Assembly (NCBI GenBank): GCA_047495785.1
Contig: JBLDXI010000023.1
Coordinates: forward strand, 248,001-312,000
DNA from: Lepidodermella squamata
Lineage: Eukaryota > Animalia > Gastrotricha
Length of the DNA: 64,000 nt
Direction: 5' to 3'
Shown here: positions 22,040 through 34,853 of the stretch, in pieces
Position numbering within the stretch: the stretch's first letter is position 1
Layout of the letters: every line of letters starts with the position of its first letter
Notes under the pieces: model-generated
What the model saw: only the letters and a program-made list of their open reading frames with translations
Database searches by the model: none
What the model was told of the DNA's origin: nothing
Made by a program: the position numbers and the translations under genes

Positions 22040-23370
22040 AAATAGGTAAATATCTGGATAACAGAATGGGAAGTAAACTAGTAACGAAACTGCTTGTTAT
22101 GATACAATTTAGCAATATGAGCCACGACAAGACGTGAAAACGTAGAATTTGAATATTGAAAAGTCTTTTTCACATTTTTCAAAATCTGACAGCCTTTCTT
22201 TAACTTTCATCGATCTAGGAAATGTCGAAAAATCCGAGTTCGCCGTTTTCCATTATGAAGAGTACAAGTGTTTCGGGGTCCACTTGGCGGTGTGACAGGT
22301 TTAAATGTCAGTTAGATGGAAAGACGCCAGCTAAAAACCTCAAAAGCCTCAAGAGAATTATATGGTTTACTGGGCCGAGGACCATAAAAGTACTTAGACA
22401 AGCTTATAAAGTTCGGTGGGTTCAGCATCAAACTCATTCATTGGGTAATTCAGTGCATTTCCTTGTTTTATTAGTTGCTACGGCAAGGAAGCAACTGAAG
22501 TTGAACAGAAAAGTAAAGGTCTGGTCATCGCGCCGCCTAAGTTACTTTCAAACACATCCCGTACAACGAGGACTACTACTGACCAAGTTGTTGAATCTGG
22601 AGGAACAGTTGTTGTTGGGTTTGTTTTAATAACCGTAAGCATAGCTTACTCTTTACTAATGCATTTGACTTGTTGTGAACAGTTTTTCGGCTCCTGGTGG
22701 AAGCAATCAGTAAGGGTTTTCTATTGCTTGAAAAGCTGATAGCTATTATTTCGTTATTATAGCTATTATAGGAGAGGTCGCAATAAACCGTTATCGTCCG
22801 ATACTGCCAACAGGTGGATTACACATGGCTTTTTCATCACTATGCATGTTGCGCTTTCGTTGTAGAAGCGATGCTCGATAACCGGCGAAAATCGACGTAG
22901 AAAAAGGCGACGTGCGACGTGGAAGATTCTGCCTGGAATGCTCTTAACTCACAAGAATTGCTCACTTCGGACAATGCCTCGAGCCCAGCTAGATCTAAGT
23001 TGGATCTAAGTCCAACGCAACGAATGGCCAATCGTCGCTCATTCCGAGTGATTCGAGCCCTGCCGCTGCTGGTTTTGCTGCTGTTAAGAAGTCGACTGCT
23101 GTTTACTCGGGTAAATCCACTGTGGACTCGAAGGCGAGTTTAGATGGCGAAACATTTCATAGATTGTTTCCCAGCATCAGCTTCTCAGCGTTTGAGTGGA
23201 CGACTTATTCGGACAGTAGCAGATTTGTACGTCACATGCCCAAGAAATACCCGAAATGAGCCGCGGTGTAAAAAATGTCGGTTATTAAATCATATGCTCG
23301 CTCTTTTTTCGCTGTTCCGTAGTAACGCACAGCAGCACATAACACACAACACAAGCTTCTTTTATTGTGT

Positions 23371-25629
23371 TCAATTCACCCTCTTCTTAAAAGTGGGGTA
23401 GATCCACGTTATCGACGAAAGCCCCGAAGCGATGATACTTGAGAAAGCTAGTATGATTTGCTGCAAGATGGGGTCAGAGCCCGTCGCTATCACCAGCAGA
23501 ATTCCAGCAGGTAGTAACGTACTACTTAGTACCACACTAATACAAGCCATGCCGAATTCAGGACAATTCTTGGCGACTCCTTTAATATGTTTCAGCTTGA
23601 AAGCAAAGAGAAGAGAAACACTCAATCCTACCATTTCGAGTCCAACCATAGTCCCCAAGATTTCCCAGCTATCCGACGTGCAATCAACGTACCACGTTTC
23701 AATCACGGCATCTTCGTCAATAAATCGAACTGGTTCCATAGCATTCTTTGAGCATTCGGTTCTTTGAAGCAGTAGCCAAGTTAGTAAAAGCATAACCGGC
23801 ACTATGACCGATAATGTGCTGAGGATAAGAATGCTTTTGTCAAATTTCGATAGATCTTTAGGAAACGTTATCTCAGTTACAACATTTTTGGTACTCGATT
23901 TTCTAGCCGGCTTCCGGCGCCTTTTCCGCGCAATTTTCATCTTTTGCGAAACGTATCTTTCGATAACGAAGATTTTAGACGCTGAAATACTGGAGAGCAA
24001 ACAAGATCCAAGGGATAAAGCCGATACAGAGAAGATAGCAAGAACCTTAGATCCATCGGATCTATCGATCGTATAAAGACCTGATGCAGCATTCAACATC
24101 AAACAGCCAAGGAAAAAGGCGGTTTTCGTCATTCTGTAGTTTGATTTTATCACGTATAAACGCAGTAGCATAAGAAATTGAAGCAACGTTACAGCTGCAA
24201 AGAGGGCCCAGCAAATCGCGAAAGCAGGCGTAGGGAATTCGAGGAAAATTGTTACCACTGTAGCACGATCTTTTAGCTGGAACCCACCTCGCCAGGTTAG
24301 ATTCCCAAAATACTCTAAAACGTAATGGTTGTAGTCGAATTCGTCTAACCCATCCTTCTTCTGCTTGATGTAAGCGACATCTTTCAGGCCCTGAATAGGC
24401 GACCATGTTGATACAGCTTCGATTTCTCCTTTAACCTCTCCTTTAGAGCCATACCACATAGGTCCGATTCTCAAGCCATTGACTCTTGACGCCAAAGTTA
24501 CCTGATTTGCTATCTCCGCAACGACACTTGGATATCGAAAATAGTCCGCCAGTGTCAGGTTGTGAAACCGCCTCAACTTCTGGTCAGTTTCGTGAAGAAC
24601 TAATACACTCCTGAGCATGACGTCATGCATGAAATAACCGATATAAATCGCTTCGAGAGATGTCGTATTTGCTAATAGCAGCATCTTGCTCTCGAAATCA
24701 CGCGCCGAGTAGCCAAGATTTGTTATAGCTGAATAGTTAACCGGCTTGATAACTGGACCAAACAAAAATGACTGTCTAAACTGGCTCGCCAACATTCGCA
24801 ATGTGCAATTAATGCCGTTTGGCTTCAGGGATAGTTGAGAATTGAGTATGAAGAACGCGTACTTTGGACCTTGAAGTCCGGCATGATACGCCTCGCATAA
24901 GAATTTTGTCACAACTGTCGATGGAGCAAGGGTTAGCACAATGATTCGAATGTCAGATCGTTTCAACCTTCGAACAGCCTCATCAAAATCTGCCTCGACA
25001 TAGGAATCGTACCAGGGAACTTCAAACCCTTGCGCTATAGCTTTTTCGTACAAAAAGTTGGCCATTGCGAAGTCGTACGCGCTATCAGGCCTAGAGAAAA
25101 TAGCAAATCGATTCCAGCCTCCGATTTGCCTCATAAAATGCAGCATGGCGATAGCTGTGGTTTTGCCAGTTGTCAGCGAAAGGTAGAAGTTTGGAGTTTT
25201 ACTGCGATCTGCCAATATCGGAGATGAACAGTACGTCCCGTAGCCTACAACATTTAAATGATGCTCGACTGTCCCCAATGTTTTACAGCCAGTTGAAAGC
25301 ATAGAGCCGACAACGATTGGCGATGGGATCTTGCTTCCAGGCGGGGTTTCTTCGAACTCGCGATAGAAAGTGATGACTTGTTGCACAGCGGTGGATCCTT
25401 CCATGTCGTCTCTCAGATCAAGTTCTAGCTTGAAGTCAGGTAAAATGTCGTTGCGATTGTTAACATTATCGTAGACAACCTTCGTCGCTAGGACAGCTGC
25501 TGAAGTTTGAACAGGGTCAGTTGTTGACAATGCTGCAATGCTTAGTTGGCGAATAGTATACGGTTTGATTGCGAAAAGTTGATGGATTTGAGTTGTTGCT
25601 ACAATAAACGTGAAGAGCATGCTGTGCAT
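23371..25629 (-). CDS. Intronless GABA-B-like class C GPCR (Venus flytrap plus 7TM)
   Basis: About 750 aa ORF with a signal peptide, an ANF-receptor-like ectodomain (NNRNDILPDFKLEL, SPILADRSKTPNFY, GWNRFAI, LKRSDIRIIV, FLCEAYHAGLQGPKY), seven hydrophobic segments ending WIYP, and no cysteine-rich linker. Confidence 0.88.
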   Translation of the reverse strand: MHSMLFTFIVATTQIHQLFAIKPYTIRQLSIAALSTTDPVQTSAAVLATKVVYDNVNNRNDILPDFKLELDLRDDMEGSTAVQQVITFYREFEETPPGSKIPSPIVVGSMLSTGCKTLGTVEHHLNVVGYGTYCSSPILADRSKTPNFYLSLTTGKTTAIAMLHFMRQIGGWNRFAIFSRPDSAYDFAMANFLYEKAIAQGFEVPWYDSYVEADFDEAVRRLKRSDIRIIVLTLAPSTVVTKFLCEAYHAGLQGPKYAFFILNSQLSLKPNGINCTLRMLASQFRQSFLFGPVIKPVNYSAITNLGYSARDFESKMLLLANTTSLEAIYIGYFMHDVMLRSVLVLHETDQKLRRFHNLTLADYFRYPSVVAEIANQVTLASRVNGLRIGPMWYGSKGEVKGEIEAVSTWSPIQGLKDVAYIKQKKDGLDEFDYNHYVLEYFGNLTWRGGFQLKDRATVVTIFLEFPTPAFAICWALFAAVTLLQFLMLLRLYVIKSNYRMTKTAFFLGCLMLNAASGLYTIDRSDGSKVLAIFSVSALSLGSCLLSSISASKIFVIERYVSQKMKIARKRRRKPARKSSTKNVVTEITFPKDLSKFDKSILILSTLSVIVPVMLLLTWLLLQRTECSKNAMEPVRFIDEDAVIETWYVDCTSDSWEILGTMVGLEMVGLSVSLLFAFKLKHIKGVAKNCPEFGMACISVVLSSTLLPAGILLVIATGSDPILQQIILAFSSIIASGLSSITWIYPTFKKRVN

Positions 25630-28013
25630 TTCGATATTTGATACAAACACCGAGCTGCGATGAAATGATGGAATCTAGGCGTAGAAGTACGACTTATATA
25701 ACCTTAATTAGGCTACGCTGTCACCTGCCTACTGCTGAGCTTTGTACTTTGGACTTTGAGCCAACTCCTCATCCGGCGCATCTCTTCGTAGGAGTGAGTT
25801 CAGTAGGTTCCGATTAGTTCGAGCGAATTATGGAACTTAGGCAGCCTGAATAATCTATAATACTAAAGTGGGAAGGTTTTGGGGAAAGGCGGTTTGTACG
25901 GATTTATTTCATAACGCTGAGTGCTGAGCGTTATGAAATAAATGAACGGAAAAATAAAAACATGGTTAGATAGATATTCAAATTGTAGTTATCAGAAAAC
26001 TATCAGCTCATCCAATGGCCTCCAATGGCCTAGGTAACATTTGTTTAATAGTATCGCTTCGTCTTTGTCCTTTCTTCGTCCACTTCTTATGACTAATGTC
26101 ATGATTAATGTAATCATGTAGGTAACTGTAATTATTGTATACAATGTAAACATTCGAGGACGCGCCCAAAGCCCACCCGGCCGGTGCTTGTAATTTTGAT
26201 CAAATAAAACATTGCTTGCTTTTTTGAAAGAATACACCATAGAGAATAGAGTTACCTATGGAATACACATTTCATCGGGAACGCATTGCTTGTTATAAAT
26301 GGTGGAGAGAAAAACTCCGCCACTGCATTTCTGATTAGCTTCTGATTAGCGGGATTGAAACGTGCCTTGCCACAGCAGCATTCAGCGACACTTCCACTTT
26401 CTAAAGTAAGCGTTACGATCGCAGCACAGCGTCGATGTGCCTAGTGAAGTTATCCGGGCAGTAGATGTCGCGGGGTGGGCGACAGAGCGACTTGCTGTAA
26501 GTAGAAATCTCGTCGAAAACGATATCAAGTGTTCAGCGCAATTTTAACCAATCAGACAGGCTCCTAGCAGTTCAATGACCAATGATTCAAGATGACATCT
26601 ACTTCGTGTCAAAGATAGCAAAGCGTGGCTCAACGTAGATCTTCGGCAATCATGCTTTTTGTGTTGTTCAGTAGTAATAGGGAAGCCACCCTATCAATTT
26701 TTCTAGGATTTTTCTAGGTGTCCATCAATTTTCGGCAGATTTTATCGAACGTTGCGATGAAGAGTAGCGGAGACAAGGGACAGCCCTGTCGCAAGCTCCT
26801 CTTCACCACAAAGAAGTCCGAGAATTGATGATTTATTTTGACTGCTACTATAGGCAAGTATAGGCAAAAAATTGATAAAACTAAACAATGAAGACGAGAG
26901 TATGAATTCGAAATACAGGATGTTCGCGTAATAATTCTCTTCTAAAAATAGCTTTGCTACTTTTTGCATGCATTTTAGCTTTTTTGTAGCTATTTTTAGC
27001 TCACCCAGAGTATTATTACGCGAACACCCTGTATAAGCTAATAGACATATATCTTACTAGACATATTATGGGACGATAGGAGCTCGAACGATTAGGACGC
27101 AGTCTGCTCCTGGAGGAACCAGTGAACTGTATCTCCAGTCTGAAGCCAGTCTGGGCCTCCATTCAGCGGCATCAGGAGTTACAACTGGCGGAAACAATTT
27201 TATTCTTTCGGCGTTCAAACAGTAAGATTCATCGCTATATCATTAATATCTTTTTAATGAATTTATCTGTTGTCCTAATTCCGAACTCTAAATGGACATC
27301 GCCGTAGCGCAAGTAGCGCAAACCAGTTGTTCTCTCACATCTCAAGAGATATTGTGACCGTCTAATTAGCTGTCTAGTGGTTGAATTACGTGATTATTAG
27401 CCGGTTTTCGTTAGGACAAATTCATAAATATGCTGATTCCGCATGGCTCAGGCTGCTCACCTAAACCGACCCAAGGTAAACCAGGTAAACTAAGGTAAAC
27501 CGACCCAAGCTAATTATACCTGGCTGTTTCATTCTGCTGAAAAATGCGATTATTCACTTCGCGAATCGTCCTTCGACATTATCTTGCACTCTTGATCGCA
27601 TAGATAGGGATGCATCATATATCAAACCCTGTAAATAGCGATATGCTTTGCACTAGCCAGCAAATTATTTATTGGCAGGATAGTTTTTATTTTCAACAAA
27701 ACACGAAATTCTACCCCATTCCTTGTGAAATCGACATTGTGTGGACGAAGAAAGTTACCCAAAGAATTAGCTGCGCTGTGTATAATATGTACTAATTATC
27801 TGTTCAGCCTGCAAGTTAAGCTACCCAGTTAGAACGTCATTTGATATTTATGCTCTCCTCACGGGGTCGTGGCTACGTATTCGAACCCGTAGGAATCTGC
27901 GAGATATAGGACCTGGTCGGCGAGATTATAAATAAAGGTGCGCGGCTTACTACATCGTCTTCATTCGCCGCCATTTCGTTTCACGCATTAAAATTATTCT
28001 TTGGCTTCTGAAA

Positions 28014-30938
28014 ATGACTCGGCTAGCGGGAATTATGGTTTTAATCCAAGTTTCGATAGCGCTATCCAGCAAAGTTTTCTTCGACGCAGGTCTGGAAGGA
28101 AACGTTCGATCGGAAGTAGCTACGCCACCGAATGGTAAGAGACAGACGCTTACTATTCTAGCTCACTTGAACTATGGCGGGTCGAGTTTCCCGGTTGGAC
28201 CTTTGTGTACAAAAGCGATGGAAGTGGCCCTGGACCGTTTCAACGAAAATCGAGCGAAAACCAACTGGCTTAATGGCTACGATCTAGAAATTGAGGTGAT
28301 CAACGATTTGGTAAGAATATTTACATCTCCCGTGGTTAGCGAATTTTCTATTCTGTTGCTGCAATTTCAGTGTGATGACGCCGCTACGATAAATCAAACT
28401 ATGCGAGAACTTATTTCAAGTTCGAATCCGAATCGCATCCCTCTCGCTATCACAGGTTGGTGTCCGACCGTAGGCCAATCGGTTGTAGCTCAGTCCCTGA
28501 AACAGCTGAACATGACCGCCGTCACCGTTTACATGCAGAATGAAGCAGCCCTGTCGCAGCCGGCGCGATTCAATTCAGTGTACCAGCTGTTCTTCGCGCC
28601 GATTGTTCAGTACGATGCTCTCGCTTACCTGATGCTTCACTATGGATGGAAACGACTGGCTATTTTCTCAGAGAATCTGCCTTATTTCAATGACGTAAGT
28701 TGGATTTATGTTTCTACGAATCGAATCAAGGAAAGGTTCGATGGAATTGGGTTCTTGAGAGGTTCAGTAAGGGTTCAGTAGGAGAGAGATATTATAACTA
28801 ATGTATATCATAGCTCATAGGTGGATGTCTCGAGGAATATCCGTCTGAAGGCTAGCTTCGCGGGCCCAAGGCGCAGCCAGAGGCCGGAATAGCTGGCTGA
28901 AGGATGAATATCCCACGATGTCCGCCGATAACACCCGCAGTCCATAAATCATAAACTCTTGAACTGACAATGTCTATTTAATTTGAAAGGTTGAGAAATA
29001 CACTCTACCGATGCTGAGCCGGCTAAATATCACCGTGACATGGCTCGGAAAAGTGTCTTTTCTATCCGAAGACACAGCCGAGATGTCATCAGCGATGCGA
29101 GCCATGCGAATGTCTGAACCGCGAATAATCCTCTCGAACACCAATGCCCCAGTCAGTACTGCCTGCTGGCTGTATCACTACGGTATGTATGGACCAAGTT
29201 ACGTAATTCTCGCGAGTGATTGGAGCATTTTCGACCCGGCAACTGCCCAAATTCCAAACTACGTCAAATCGTGGTGCACGCGAGGTATGCTGAAAAAAGT
29301 TGTCCAAAGTTGGCTGTTCGTCTCCTACGCGCGTCAAAGCGATATTTTCGGACCGACATACCGAGACGATCTCGGAATAAACTCTGAAGAATTCACAGCT
29401 GCTATGGAAACGAAAATTCATGATGCTCAAAAAGCTCCTGGCTACGCGGTTTGGCCAGGAGACTGTTACGAAGTCGCTCAATTTACTGGCTTTGCTGTTG
29501 ATAGATTCGAGAAGCTGCTGTCTGAGCGCCATAATTCAACTTTATCGGAATGGACTGTCAGTTCGAGGAATTTCCAACAACACGGTCAAATGTTTTCGAG
29601 TCTCATGAAAGATGCCATCAGCTCGTTGTCGATCAACGGCAGCAAAGGAGCCTTCAAGTTTGACCGCAAGACTTCGCAAAACACCCTTGGGTACTCGATG
29701 TCCTTCACTCAGATGCGATACGGGGAGTCAGGTGGAGCCATCAGAAGAGTCGTTATGGCGTACTTCAGATCAACAGATAATGCAGTGATGCCGCTGAATG
29801 GAGGTCCAGATTGGCGAAACGGCCTACAGGTTCCTCCAGGAGACAGCGTTCGAATTGTTCGAGTTCCCATCGCCCCAATAAATCTAGTTGCCTTCGGGGC
29901 TCTCTTCGGTAAGTTATTATCTGTGGCATTTATCCAAGCGTATCTCATGTTTCGCGTTTCGCAGCTCTCTCAATGGTTGGCTTGGGCTCATGTGCATTCT
30001 TTATTGTCCTAAAAAAGAGACCACCTCAATCAACGGCGACTAGTATTGACATGAGATTTGAAAATTTAGCCATTATGGCTGGATACATGGTTATGTTATG
30101 TTACAGCCCCATAGCCTTGGCTTCTGACGAGAACTACCCTGAAATCTCGATTCGGTACTACAACGCTGGGGCTTTTATTTTGACATGTGGTTTCAGTCTA
30201 AGCTGTTCCGCTACTTTCTGGAAGTTTCTGTATGGCGGGAAGATCTTAAAGACTCGTTTGGCTAGTAAATATTATCGGGGGCTACTAATTATTTCGCTTC
30301 CGCCGTTGACCATTCACGCCATATTAATCGCTATGTTCATCAGCTCAGACTGCCTCGAGATTTCAGAGGTTGAGTTGCCCCGATACTACTCCGCCGATGA
30401 CAGTGTGGCCTTTCTACCTTACAAGCTTGAGTTACGCTTGAATTGGGACAGCCATGTCACATTAGGGTTGATATTCTCAATCTTCGCACTTCATTCCGCA
30501 GCTCTGATGCTACTTTGTTTCAAAAGCTATGACCTTCAAATGGTAAGTTGCTTGTGGTTTTTTAGCGATCAATAATACCTTTGTGTGTTTCAGCAAATCA
30601 AAAGTTACAGAGCTTCGAATGTCACTGTGATCGAACTTTCTCAAACGATCAAAACTATCCAACTGCAGATAATGACGATTTTATCTGGAATCCTTATTGC
30701 ATTTCTTCTGTCAAGCAGTCCAGAAGCTTTACAAGTCACTGTTGCTGCTCTGGTCGTTTGCTACTGCTACCTTGGCATCGCATTTGTAAATGGTAGTAAA
30801 GTGAAGCAAATTTTAGGTATCAAAAGCGAACCTGATCGGATCATCAGCAGCATTTCACTACGCATTTCACTAAGCACATCTCTAGCTAGCGCTCAGCGAA
30901 AACAAAGTCGTAAGTCGACATTGACTCCAAAAGGATAA
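28014..30938 (+). CDS. GABA-B-like class C GPCR, 5 exons
   Basis: Exons 28014-28310, 28371-28694, 28990-29908, 29965-30542 and 30594-30938 join in phase via GT-AG introns. Motifs WLNGYDLEIEVINDLC, HYGWKRLAI, EPRIIL, CWLYHYGMYGPSYV and PPGD precede a multi-TM C-terminal half. Confidence 0.85.
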
Positions 30939-32159
30939 CACAAAGCTCGATGGTGAATCAGTGACACTACAAGCACAACTTTTATAAAACACAAAACACA
31001 TTTGACGATTACTGTATTTTTAAATATCCGGCTTACTTTAGTGATTCTTCTTAAAAAAATTTAACCGTGCAGCAATATTTCAATTTGATGAATTTTCGAT
31101 CGCCATTTCGAGCAAATTGCTCATTAATGTTGCCTACAAAAATTTGAAACAAACAGACCGCTACCCGCTACCCTCACTTGATCATTCGGCCAAATAAACA
31201 ATACTACAGTGTCGGGCATAGGTAGTCTCATTGACTTCTGTCTACAGTTTTTCGAATTTGTGATGAAAAAATTACAACTTTATTCACATTTAATCAAACA
31301 TCGCAGACGTTGTAGTAGCGTTGGATGACTGGCTCTGATTGTTGGAGTTTGCGCTCATCTTGAAGATGCCACCTGGCGAGCCCATAGAACATCAACCACT
31401 CGTTTTCCCCAACTGGTTATGGCCAATGGCCAGGGTACACTGCGGGAGGCGGGAGGAACTGTGACACGACCACCATTTATCTCGAAATGAAGGGACGGCA
31501 GTGTTTTCGAGAGCTGAGTACTGCACGGCCAGCCCCAGTTCGCGCTCGGTGTCCTTGCAGCTTGCTTCCGCAGGCCGGAAATTGCAGGCCAGAGAAGCGC
31601 TGCCGTTGTTGATCTGACTCGGAGGGATGGTTTTGCTCGCATTCTCCCAGGTTTTAGATTTCGACACGTCAAATCCATCGATTCGGTTGTTAGGAGCTTG
31701 TGCGAAGTGCAGACTAGTGACTTGCAGAGACTTCGAGCCAGATTCAACCATCAAAGGAAACGTTTGTCCCAGGTCCCAGTGTTCTGAATAGCGTTACGTC
31801 GACATTATAAGGCGAGTAATGCAGTAGCAAGATACATACCACATCAGTTTCATATTATGGAAATGTTCAGTGAAATACCACTCACCTACCTCAAGGCTCC
31901 AGGCCCAAGCTGGTTACTGGCGCTGTGTAGACGCTGGATGCTGCATATACGGGGTAATACAATTCGATGCTGTCATTCGAATATTAAAATAACCTTTAAT
32001 GAGAAAATTCATAATTTTGTGATGAAAAATTAAAACCAAATGATGAGCTGTGAGCAAAGAATTATACAAAAGATAGTTTATGGCAAGCGGGTTAAGCCAT
32101 GAGACTTACAGTATGTTTGATCAGCTTCTCAGTAATTTACTGAGTTTTTCCAGTAAGCT

Positions 32160-32940
32160 TTGTCCATCGGTGGCATTGGGTTTTCTGTATTTCCTGCGTT
32201 CTTGCAGCAAACATGTTAATGTTAGGTTACAGTCCCGTTGCCTTGGTATTAGATGAGGATCACCCTGAAATCGAAATTCGTTACGCATCCGCTGGAGCTT
32301 TTATTTTGACATGTGGCTTCAGTCTGAGTTGCGCAGGTGCTTTCTGGAAACTGCATCAAGAAGGAGAAACTCTATCAACTCGCTTAGCGATCCAATCTCA
32401 TCAAGTGCTGCATATGGTTTGTTTCCATTCCATGTCGGCTTGATCTCGAAATTTTTGAGCTCAGAATGTCTAAAAACTATAGAAATAGACTTGCCTCGAT
32501 ACTACTCTGATGATGACAGCGTTGCGTTCCTGCCGTACAAGCTTGAGTTGCACTTGAAATGGTAAAGCCCAGCGACTGTAAGGCTTGTATCGGCAATTCT
32601 CGCGATTCATGCCGCAGCTCTGGTGCTTATCTGTTTCAGAAGCTACGGTCTTTAAATGCTTTGATCGTTATGACATATTCTAATTGCGTATTTTTCGACA
32701 TTTAGAAAATCAGAAGTTGTGTAGCTTAGAGCGCCACTGATATCGAGCTCTCCCGAACCATCAAAGCTATCCAGCTGCAGTGATGACCAGTGATGACGAT
32801 TTTGGCCGGAATCCTGATAGCCTTTGTTCTGTCGAGCAACGCCGAGGCTTTGCGAGCCACTGTTGCCGCTCTGGTTATCTGATACTGCTACCTTGGCATA
32901 GCACTCTTAAATGCTAACAAAGTGAGGCAAATTCTGCCCC
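32160..32940 (+). pseudogene. Degenerate duplicate of the TM-encoding exons of the 28014-30938 receptor
   Basis: AGAFILTCGFSLSC and LPRYYSDDDSVAFLPYKLEL nearly match 30160-30440. It has frameshifts and stops, and no ectodomain exons. Confidence 0.85.
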
Positions 32941-33699
32941 GAGATGGAATCAGCGGATTTCAATCGAGGTTCAAGTCCCAAGGGGGCTTCACAATCAACT
33001 CCCAGCGAGGATCGAAACGTGCCTTGCCGCAGCAATGGAGAGGCACTTTCAACTGGATAAGCGTTACCTTTGCAACACAGAGCCTGGTATTGGAAGACCC
33101 CCGTGAAGTTAGTTGGGCAACAGATATCTGAAGCCCAAATTCAGACCAATGCTAATACTAGTTTACTGCCTACCATTCATTATAGGACGGTTCGGCCGGT
33201 GCAGATATGGCGCAAGCCAAAAAGGCTGATAGAACAATAAAAGCTTTTTAATTTAAATGGGGCAAAATGGTAATATGAACACGACCGAGGGAGGTATTGA
33301 GTGTTGTCCCGTCTAAAAAATATTTAGAGATTAGATATTTGCGCCTCAATTCTCCAAGATTTCCCATTGTTAGGGTTGTCTAACTTGCAGGACAGGACCT
33401 ACCAAATCCTTCTCTAGACCGTTTCAGTGAGCTTGAAAAAGAATTTGCGTGGCAATAAGTTAATTTTCAATTTTCAATAGTTCAATCCAATCTTGGTTTG
33501 GTTTCATATCTTCAGAGAGGGAGTTTTCGAAGTGGCGCAGTATCCTGGTAAAGAAGGCAAATAGAAAAATTTTCGGCGTACTTACGTCTGTTGAACAAGT
33601 TTTTTCCATCTTGATCTAGGTCTCATTTTATTCGGTTACCGGTTACCGGTTTTTTCTCTGCTTTCGTGGGTGTATAGACCAAATCGTTGCCCTGCGGAA

Positions 33700-34450
33700 C
33701 GTCGTGTGGAACAATGCCTCCAATGGAACTCGCCGGCGCTCATCAACTTTGTCGACTTCAAGAAGGCGTTCGTTCGATAGCGTTCACCGCGAGACCTTGT
33801 GGAGAATCCTCCTTCATTACGGCATTCCGGACAAAATTGTTCAACTCGTTGCCATGTTTTACACTGGCTTCGAATGCAGAGTACTGATGGAGGCTGGAGT
33901 GGAGAGCGAGAGTTTTTCAGTCAATTCCGGTGTTAGGCAGGGCTGCATCCTGTCACTGGTCTGGCGATCGAAACAGCTTAGCAAGGCGACCAAGGTGCGA
34001 ATCTAAAATTCCACTGTCAAAGCCGTCTTGTTATATGGCTCGGAGTGCTGGCGGGAGTTGGGGGTTGACGTAAGGAGGCTTGATGCCTTCCACAACAGAT
34101 GCCTCCGACGAATCCAAGGCATCTTCTGGCCGAGGATCGTTTCGAATGCGGACATTTGCAAATGTCGCCCTTTATCGGACGAGATCAGACTCCGTCGACT
34201 TCGCTGGCTGGGACATGTGCTGCGAATGGATGCCAGGCGCACTCCCCGAGTTGCCCTTCGGTGGACGCCACAGGGCAGCCGGGCGGTGGGGCGGCCAAAA
34301 ACTACGTGGCGGGCCACCATTGAAAATGACCTGCGCAGCATGGGGTTGAGCTGGGGATCGGCTCAGGTCTTGGCCAAGGACCGGGACCAGTGGAGAAGAG
34401 CATGAGAGGAGGCAGTGCGCCCCGCTAGGGGACTATACTGATACTACTGT
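33700..34450 (+). mobile_element. RTE-type LINE 3' fragment with internal deletion
   Basis: INFVDFKKAF..HRETLW, GVRQGCILS, LLYGSECW, RLRWLGHVLRM, GRPKTTW, and a short ACT-rich tail. Confidence 0.85.
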
Positions 34451-34853
34451 CGTATTAAGCTTAGTTGCAGCATTGAAGAATGGATCGATCATACGGGTAA
34501 GAATTATAATCGTCACAGCACATGGTGGGACCGTAGGGGCCATTCATCATGATACCACCACTCCAAGCCTGACAAGCATCTGAGGATGAGAAACACTAGT
34601 GGTCGATGAAATAAAATTCGTATCAGTAGATTTACTCTTTTCATCAGGAACGCAGTGCTTGTTGTCAATAGATTGATTTCTCTGGACTAAAAGCATGGAA
34701 TGAACAAATCGATTAAAATTTTCTGTAAAATTGTTATCTAGTGCAGTGCGACATGTGTTGCCCCGCCAATTTGACACAGCTAATTATTTAACAAAATTCG
34801 TTGATACTATCACCATGTAGCTATAGTATGCGACTATTTGAAATCGTGATAAG

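Noticed and set aside
25902-25943. 17-bp perfect hairpin upstream of the minus-strand GPCR
   Set aside because: It is isolated and AT-rich, most simply a MITE remnant, with no evidence of function.
31355-31754. Overlapping 120-130 aa minus-strand ORFs
   Set aside because: No recognisable motif or convincing splice structure was found.
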